From the NCBI GenBank assembly GCA_035642635.1, contig DASQRX010000109.1:4115-68114 (forward strand): a stretch of 64,000 nucleotides of DNA. Reading direction: 5' to 3'. The notes under the pieces were generated by a model that saw only the letters and a list, made by a program, of their open reading frames with translations, had not been told where the DNA came from and searched no databases. Made by a program: the position numbers and the translations under genes. The stretch's first letter is position 1. The number at the start of each line of letters is the position of its first letter. Shown piece by piece: positions 59,010 through 64,000 of the stretch. This stretch comes from Xanthobacteraceae bacterium (GTDB lineage: Bacteria > Pseudomonadota > Alphaproteobacteria > Rhizobiales > Xanthobacteraceae).

Positions 59010-59726
59010 CTAAAACACCCCGAGATGCTGGCGCAGGTCGATGCCGTCGGCTTTCAGCGCCGCAGCGCTCGAGACTACGGCGACGCGGCCGGAATTGAGA
59101 ATGACGATGTCGTCGGCAATGTCGAATACGAGTTTCGGGCTCTGTTCGACCAAAACGATGGAGAGGCCGCTTTCCTTGAGCTTGCGGATAGTCGCCATGA
59201 CCTCGGCGACGATTTGCGGTGCGAGCCCCTCCGACGGCTCGTCCATCAGCAACACCCGCGGATTGGCCATCAGCGCCCGGCCGATCGCGAGCATCTGCTG
59301 CTCGCCGCCGGACAGGTGACCGGCCAGCTGCGAGCGCCGTTCGGCAAGGCGCGGGAACATCGCGAACACGGTGTTCATGGTCCAGAGCTGGCGCGCGGCA
59401 AAGCCCTTTTGCCCGGCGACCATCAGGTTCTCGCGCACGGTGAGGCTCTTGAAGATGCGGCGGCCCTGCGGCACCAGCGCCACGCCTTGCGCTGAAATAT
59501 TCTCCGGCCCCTGCCGCGTCACTTGCTTGCCGAAAACCTCGACGCTGCCACCGCGCGGCGGCAACAGGCCGACGCTGACATTCATGCAGGTCGATTTACC
59601 GGCGCCGTTGCGGCCGAGCAGGCCCAGCAATCGTCCTTCGCCGAGATCGAACGACACCTTTTGCAGCACATGGCTGTCGCCGTAGAAGGCGTCGATATTG
59701 GCGAGCCTGAGCGCCTTATTCGCCAA
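59010..59726 (-). CDS. livF: branched-chain amino acid-type ABC transporter ATP-binding protein (LivF-like)
   Basis: It has Walker A GRNGAGKST, signature LSGGEQQ and Walker B LLMDEPS. Confidence 0.85.
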   Translation of the reverse strand: MANKALRLANIDAFYGDSHVLQKVSFDLGEGRLLGLLGRNGAGKSTCMNVSVGLLPPRGGSVEVFGKQVTRQGPENISAQGVALVPQGRRIFKSLTVRENLMVAGQKGFAARQLWTMNTVFAMFPRLAERRSQLAGHLSGGEQQMLAIGRALMANPRVLLMDEPSEGLAPQIVAEVMATIRKLKESGLSIVLVEQSPKLVFDIADDIVILNSGRVAVVSSAAALKADGIDLRQHLGVF

Positions 59727-60453
59727 GATAAACCTCCCGCGTGCGCGGATTGTCGACCACTTCGGCGCGTGTGCCCTCGACGATCACTTCGCCGAAATGC
59801 AGAAGCGTGATGCGGTCGGCAAAATCCAGCGCCACGTCCATGTCGTGCTCGATCATCACGATGGTGACGTCGCGCGGGATAGCATGCAGCAGCTTGCGCA
59901 CTTCCTGCCGCTCGTCGATCGACAGGCCGGCGAATGGCTCGTCGAGCAACAGCACTTTCGGATTTTGCGCCAGGGCCATGGCGATTTCGACGCGGCGCCG
60001 TTCGCCGTAAGACGTTTGCGCCAGCGGCCGGCCGGCAATGTCGTCGAGCCCGACGCGGCCGAGCGCCTGGCAAGCTTGCAGCCTCAAGTGCTGCTGGCGT
60101 TCGAGCGGGCGCAGCGGATTCCATCGCAACGGCGACAGGCCGAGCAGCGCGAGCGTCACATTATGCTGGATGGTGTCGCGCGCGAACAGCGTGATGATCT
60201 GATAGGTCCGCGCCATGCCGAGATGGGTGCGTTTGCGGCTCGGCAATCTGGTGATGTCGGAGCCGAACAGCGACACCGATCCGCTGTCGGGCGAGAGCTC
60301 GCCGGTGATGAGGTTGAACAAGGTGGTCTTGCCGGCGCCGTTCGGCCCGATGACCAGCCGGCGCTCGCCCGGCGCGACGTCGAGGCAGACATTCGTGGTC
60401 ACGCGCAACCCGCCGAACGATTTGCAGAGCTTGTCGACGAAGAGCGCGCTCAT
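59716..60453 (-). CDS. livG: branched-chain amino acid-type ABC transporter ATP-binding protein (LivG-like)
   Basis: The ATG at 60453 overlaps the livM stop (ATGA). It has Walker [10 protein letters not shown] and Walker B LLLDEP. Confidence 0.85.
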   Translation of the reverse strand: MSALFVDKLCKSFGGLRVTTNVCLDVAPGERRLVIGPNGAGKTTLFNLITGELSPDSGSVSLFGSDITRLPSRKRTHLGMARTYQIITLFARDTIQHNVTLALLGLSPLRWNPLRPLERQQHLRLQACQALGRVGLDDIAGRPLAQTSYGERRRVEIAMALAQNPKVLLLDEPFAGLSIDERQEVRKLLHAIPRDVTIVMIEHDMDVALDFADRITLLHFGEVIVEGTRAEVVDNPRTREVYLGE

Positions 60454-61439
60454 TGCTTCCTCACCGCAAGCGAGCCCATCGTCTTCTGCCCGGTTGAGCG
60501 CCAAGCGGAGCGGACAAGCCGCACCGCGCCCGGCACCAGACCCTCCGGCATGAAGACGACAATGGCGACGAAGATGGCGCCGAGCATGAAATTCCAGCGC
60601 GTGACGTAAGCGCTGACCACGTTCTTGACGATCACGACCAGGGCTGCGCCGACCACCGGCCCGAGCAGCGTGCCGGCGCCGCCGGAAATTACCATCAGCA
60701 AGCCCTCCGCCGATGCGGTCAATGCCAGCGCCTGCGGGCTGATAAATTCGTTGTAGTAGACGAAGAGGATGCCGGCGACGGAGGTGAGCAGGCCGGAGAA
60801 CATGAAGGCCCAGAACCGGGTCATCCAGACATGGTAACCGAGCGCGTTCATGCGGCGGGGCTGATCGCGCGTGCCGCACAAAGCGGCGCCAAGCGGCGAG
60901 CGCACGAATATCGCGCAGCCGGCGATGGCGAGAAGGAAGATGATCAAAGTGACGTCGTAAAAACTCTTGGCTGAAGATAGCGAGAAACCGAACGGCGCCG
61001 GCCGCGACGCTATGCTGATGCCGTTGTCGCCATTGGTGAGGCTGATCCAGCGATACGCCACCCCCCAGATGATCTCGCCGAGCGCGAGCGTGATCATGAT
61101 GAAGCTGATGCCGGTGGCGCGCAGCGCCAGCGCCGCGAAGCCCGCGGTCGAGACAAGCCCGATCACGAGGCCGGCGAGGATCGCAAAGGTGTGGCTGTAA
61201 CCGGCGGCGAGGAGATAAGCGACGGTATAGGCCGCGATGCCCAGCAGGCCGGCGTGGCCGAGCGACACCAAGCCGGCATAGCCGACCAGCACATTGAGCC
61301 CCATCGCGAAGATCGCATAGAGCAGGACCTGGCTCGCGATATTGACGTAATAGCTCTCCGTGATCGCATAGGGCACGGCGATCAGCGCCAGAATAGCGAT
61401 GACAATTGCAACACGCCGGGCCGTGAAGGAACTGTTCAC
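60450..61439 (-). CDS. livM: branched-chain amino acid-type ABC transporter permease (LivM-like)
   Basis: A polytopic permease that overlaps livH and livG by 4 nt each. Confidence 0.85.
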   Translation of the reverse strand: MNSSFTARRVAIVIAILALIAVPYAITESYYVNIASQVLLYAIFAMGLNVLVGYAGLVSLGHAGLLGIAAYTVAYLLAAGYSHTFAILAGLVIGLVSTAGFAALALRATGISFIMITLALGEIIWGVAYRWISLTNGDNGISIASRPAPFGFSLSSAKSFYDVTLIIFLLAIAGCAIFVRSPLGAALCGTRDQPRRMNALGYHVWMTRFWAFMFSGLLTSVAGILFVYYNEFISPQALALTASAEGLLMVISGGAGTLLGPVVGAALVVIVKNVVSAYVTRWNFMLGAIFVAIVVFMPEGLVPGAVRLVRSAWRSTGQKTMGSLAVRKQ

Positions 61440-62308
61440 AGGATTTGCCCTCCGAACAGACCCTGCGGCCGCAGCAACAAAACCAGCACCATCGGCAGGA
61501 ACAGAATGAAATAGGCGAGTTCAGGCAACAAGGCCTGGCCGAAATTGTAGATGAAGCCGATGATGATGCTGCCGACGAAGGAGCCGAGCAGGCTTCCGGT
61601 GCCGCCGAGGATGACGACGACGAGCGCGAGCGGCAGCATGTCCTGATCGAGACCCGGATAGACCGACAGGATCGGGCCGCCGATCATCCCGGCAAAACCG
61701 GCAAGGCCGGCGCCGAGCGCGAATACGATGGTGAAGAGCTGCGACACCCGGATGCCGACCACGCGCGCCATCTCCGGATCGTCGACGCCGGCGCGGATCA
61801 TGGCGCCAAGCCGCGTGCGATCAAGCATTAACCAGAGCGCCGCAGCAAAAGTCACGGCGATGCCGATGACCGCCATCCGGTACAACGGAAATGCCGCGCC
61901 GCCCCATCGGACGAAACCCGACAATCCCGGCGGCGTCGTCACCGAGATCGGATCGCCGCCCCAGCCCATCAGGCACAGATCGGCAACCATGAAGGAGACG
62001 CCGAGCGTAACCAGGACTTGCGCCAAAGGCTGACCGGCGAGACGGCGCAGCAACAGCCGCTCCATCATGGCGCCAAGGATCGCCACTTCGACCGCGGCGA
62101 GGGTCGCGGCTAGCCAGAAGTTCACCGTGAAGCCCATCGCGCCGGACAAGAACGTAGTGCCCAGATAGGCGCCCACCATGAACATCGAGCCATGCGTCAG
62201 ATTGGGGATCCGCATCAGCCCGAAGATCAGGGAAAATCCCGCCGACAACAAAAACAACAGGCCGCCGAACGTCACACTGTTGACGGTAAGCAGCAGCCAG
62301 AATGTCAT
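61436..62308 (-). CDS. livH: branched-chain amino acid-type ABC transporter permease (LivH-like)
   Basis: A polytopic permease that begins with the typical LLTVNSVTFGGLLFLLSAGFSLIFGLM. Confidence 0.85.
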   Translation of the reverse strand: MTFWLLLTVNSVTFGGLLFLLSAGFSLIFGLMRIPNLTHGSMFMVGAYLGTTFLSGAMGFTVNFWLAATLAAVEVAILGAMMERLLLRRLAGQPLAQVLVTLGVSFMVADLCLMGWGGDPISVTTPPGLSGFVRWGGAAFPLYRMAVIGIAVTFAAALWLMLDRTRLGAMIRAGVDDPEMARVVGIRVSQLFTIVFALGAGLAGFAGMIGGPILSVYPGLDQDMLPLALVVVILGGTGSLLGSFVGSIIIGFIYNFGQALLPELAYFILFLPMVLVLLLRPQGLFGGQIL

Positions 62309-62367
62309 ATAGCCTGCCTTTCGCTGTCCCGGCTGCTAGCTTTGTTTGATGTTGCGGACGATCCCTC

Positions 62368-63654
62368 TCAGCACTTGGTCAGCGCCGGATAATCGCGCGA
62401 ATAGACCGGGTGGGCGAGGAATTCGGCTTCCGGCCAGGTCCAGAACTGACTCACGTTCTCGTAGGTCTTGATGGTCTTGTTCCAGACCTTCAGGCCGTAT
62501 TTGGCGCCCTCGGTCCCGATGCGCCGGATGTAGAATGTGCCGATCACGTTGTTGAGGTGATCGAATTTGAGCGGGCCGCGCGGCGTTTCGGTCAGATTGA
62601 CCGCCTTGAGCGCGGCCATGAACTTGTCCTTGTCGCTGGCATCGCCGCCGGAGGCTTTCAGGGCCGCGTCGACGACCTGGCAGTTGACGTAGAGCAGCGC
62701 GGCGTATTGGCCCGGAATGGCGTCGTAGTTCTTGATCATGCCGTCGATGAAGCGGTGGTTGGCGTCGGTCTCGAGGTCGAGCGTGTAAGGGCAGCAGCCG
62801 ACCAGGCCGATCGCCTCGTCGCCGTAGCTCTTGAGCAAGGCGTCGTCGCCGCCGGTCTCGCCGGTCACCACCGGATATTTCAGTCCGGCGCTCGCATAGG
62901 CCTTCATGAAGCGCAGCGGGTTCGAGCCGGCAAAGCCCTGACAGACGCCGTCGCAATCGGCGATCTGCGCGACGTAGGGCGTATAGTCGGGCGTCGCCAA
63001 GGGCGGCCACAATTTGTTGACGACGCAGCCGCCGTCTTGTTGGAACGCGGCCTGGAAGCCGCCAATTTGCTCGTAGCCGAAGGCGAAGTCCTCGGTGACC
63101 GTGACGACGCGCTTGAGCTTCAATTCGGTCGCCGCGTAATGCCCCATCGGCTGCATCGCCTGCGACGAGGTCGCCGACGCGCGCAACAGGTAGGGGTTCG
63201 GCAAACGCTGCGTGAGATTGTCGGCCGCCGCGAGACTGAGCGTCGGCATTTTCTGTTCTTTGATATAATCGCTGATGGCATAGAGCTCGAAGGCGGCAAG
63301 CGGCCCGAGGATAACGTCGACTTTGTCGCGCTCGACCAGTTCCTGGGCCTTGGTCTTAGTGCCGGCCGGATTGCCGCCGGTATCGGCCGAGATGAAGTCG
63401 ACCTTGCGGCCGCCGATCGTGTAATTCTTTTCCTTCAGATAGGTCAGGACGCCCTGCTCCATCTGGATGCCGCCCTGCGCCAGCGGCCCAGTCTTTACCG
63501 TGAGCAGTCCGAGCCGGAACGGCTCGGACTGCGCAATGGCGGGCGTCGGAAAGCGGCTAAGCGCCGCGGCCGCGCCGGCCGCGGTGCCGGCCAATACGGC
63601 ACGGCGGCTGACATTACGAGAGCTGACATTCGACGACGTGAGCTTGCGAGACAT
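62368..63654 (-). CDS. ABC transporter substrate-binding protein (Leu/Ile/Val-binding protein family) with Tat-like signal
   Basis: The ATG is preceded by GGGAGGAAGG. It has an SRRAVLAGTAAGAAAAL signal peptide and the type I periplasmic binding fold. Confidence 0.85.
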   Translation of the reverse strand: MSRKLTSSNVSSRNVSRRAVLAGTAAGAAAALSRFPTPAIAQSEPFRLGLLTVKTGPLAQGGIQMEQGVLTYLKEKNYTIGGRKVDFISADTGGNPAGTKTKAQELVERDKVDVILGPLAAFELYAISDYIKEQKMPTLSLAAADNLTQRLPNPYLLRASATSSQAMQPMGHYAATELKLKRVVTVTEDFAFGYEQIGGFQAAFQQDGGCVVNKLWPPLATPDYTPYVAQIADCDGVCQGFAGSNPLRFMKAYASAGLKYPVVTGETGGDDALLKSYGDEAIGLVGCCPYTLDLETDANHRFIDGMIKNYDAIPGQYAALLYVNCQVVDAALKASGGDASDKDKFMAALKAVNLTETPRGPLKFDHLNNVIGTFYIRRIGTEGAKYGLKVWNKTIKTYENVSQFWTWPEAEFLAHPVYSRDYPALTKC

Positions 63655-63813
63655 TGCCTTCCTCCCTGTGGCGCCCCGTTTGCTGCGCCCTATTGTTGTT
63701 ACGGCGCCCGAAAGCGCCGCTTTTGCCGCCACGCCCCCAAGCGCGACCGCAGATTCAACGCTATCATTGGCGAAGCGCCTTGACCTGTAAAGGCCGGCAT
63801 TGTCGCGGCTTTT

Positions 63814-64000
63814 TTAGCACTTGGTTAGCGGGGGATAGTCGCGCGAATAGACCGGATGGGCGAGAAATTCCTGCTCCGGCCAGGTCCAGAACTGGCTGAC
63901 ATTCTCGTAGGTCTTGATGATCTTGTTCCAAAGCTTCAAGCCGTATTTGGCGCCGTCGGGGCCGCACCGCCGGATGCAAAACGTGCCGATCACATTGCCC
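63814..64000 (-). CDS. second, paralogous substrate-binding protein, C-terminal end only (rest outside window)
   Basis: Translation gives ...GAKYGLKLWNKIIKTYENVSQFWTWPEQEFLAHPVYSRDYPPLTKC*. This is colinear with the C-terminus of the 62368-63654 gene. Confidence 0.7.
   Translation of the reverse strand, partial: GNVIGTFCIRRCGPDGAKYGLKLWNKIIKTYENVSQFWTWPEQEFLAHPVYSRDYPPLTKC

Overview
This is a GC-rich alphaproteobacterial chromosome segment, Hyphomicrobiales/Rhizobiales-like judging by gene content and synteny. All calls rest on motifs and family resemblance I recognise by eye; no database search was run.

About 60 protein genes are packed tightly and most are housekeeping:
- hisC'-tyrC, a CpdR-like receiver, ftsEX and plsC.
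- An ArsR/methyltransferase regulator followed by metF-metH.
- Amidase, lytic transglycosylase, tam, an rhlE-like helicase, ettA and a P450.
- A small decarboxylase/amidohydrolase cluster and a Flp/Cpa pilus locus.
- lrp, a PfkB kinase, nudC and a CN-hydrolase.
- SRP RNA followed by dnaX-ybaB-recR.
- An MBL hydrolase, then DUF1499, an M48 peptidase and DUF898.
- ku, a dihaem cytochrome c, a Cache-GGDEF-EAL sensor, and a Liv-type ABC operon with tandem binding proteins.

I saw no transposase, integrase, CRISPR array, tRNA or rRNA, and I cannot point to a convincing new multi-gene system.

The signals most worth a second look:
1. Gene-decay scars are unusually dense. The Tad pilus locus is collapsed into a cpaB'-'tadC fusion, the Cache-GGDEF-EAL gene has lost its middle, at least four genes are frameshifted, and a TPR gene lacks its 5' end.
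2. Two paralogous small secreted Cys-bracketed proteins flank the DEAD-box helicase.
3. A sigma54-like promoter and a strong orphan terminator bracket a candidate ~80 nt sRNA downstream of recR.
4. A perfect 22-bp palindrome sits upstream of the SahR-like regulator and metF-metH.
5. An iteron-like 3 x 17 bp array and several REP/MITE-like repeat families lie in intergenic regions.
6. ku is coupled to a ribbon-helix-helix-like small ORF, with no ligD in the window.
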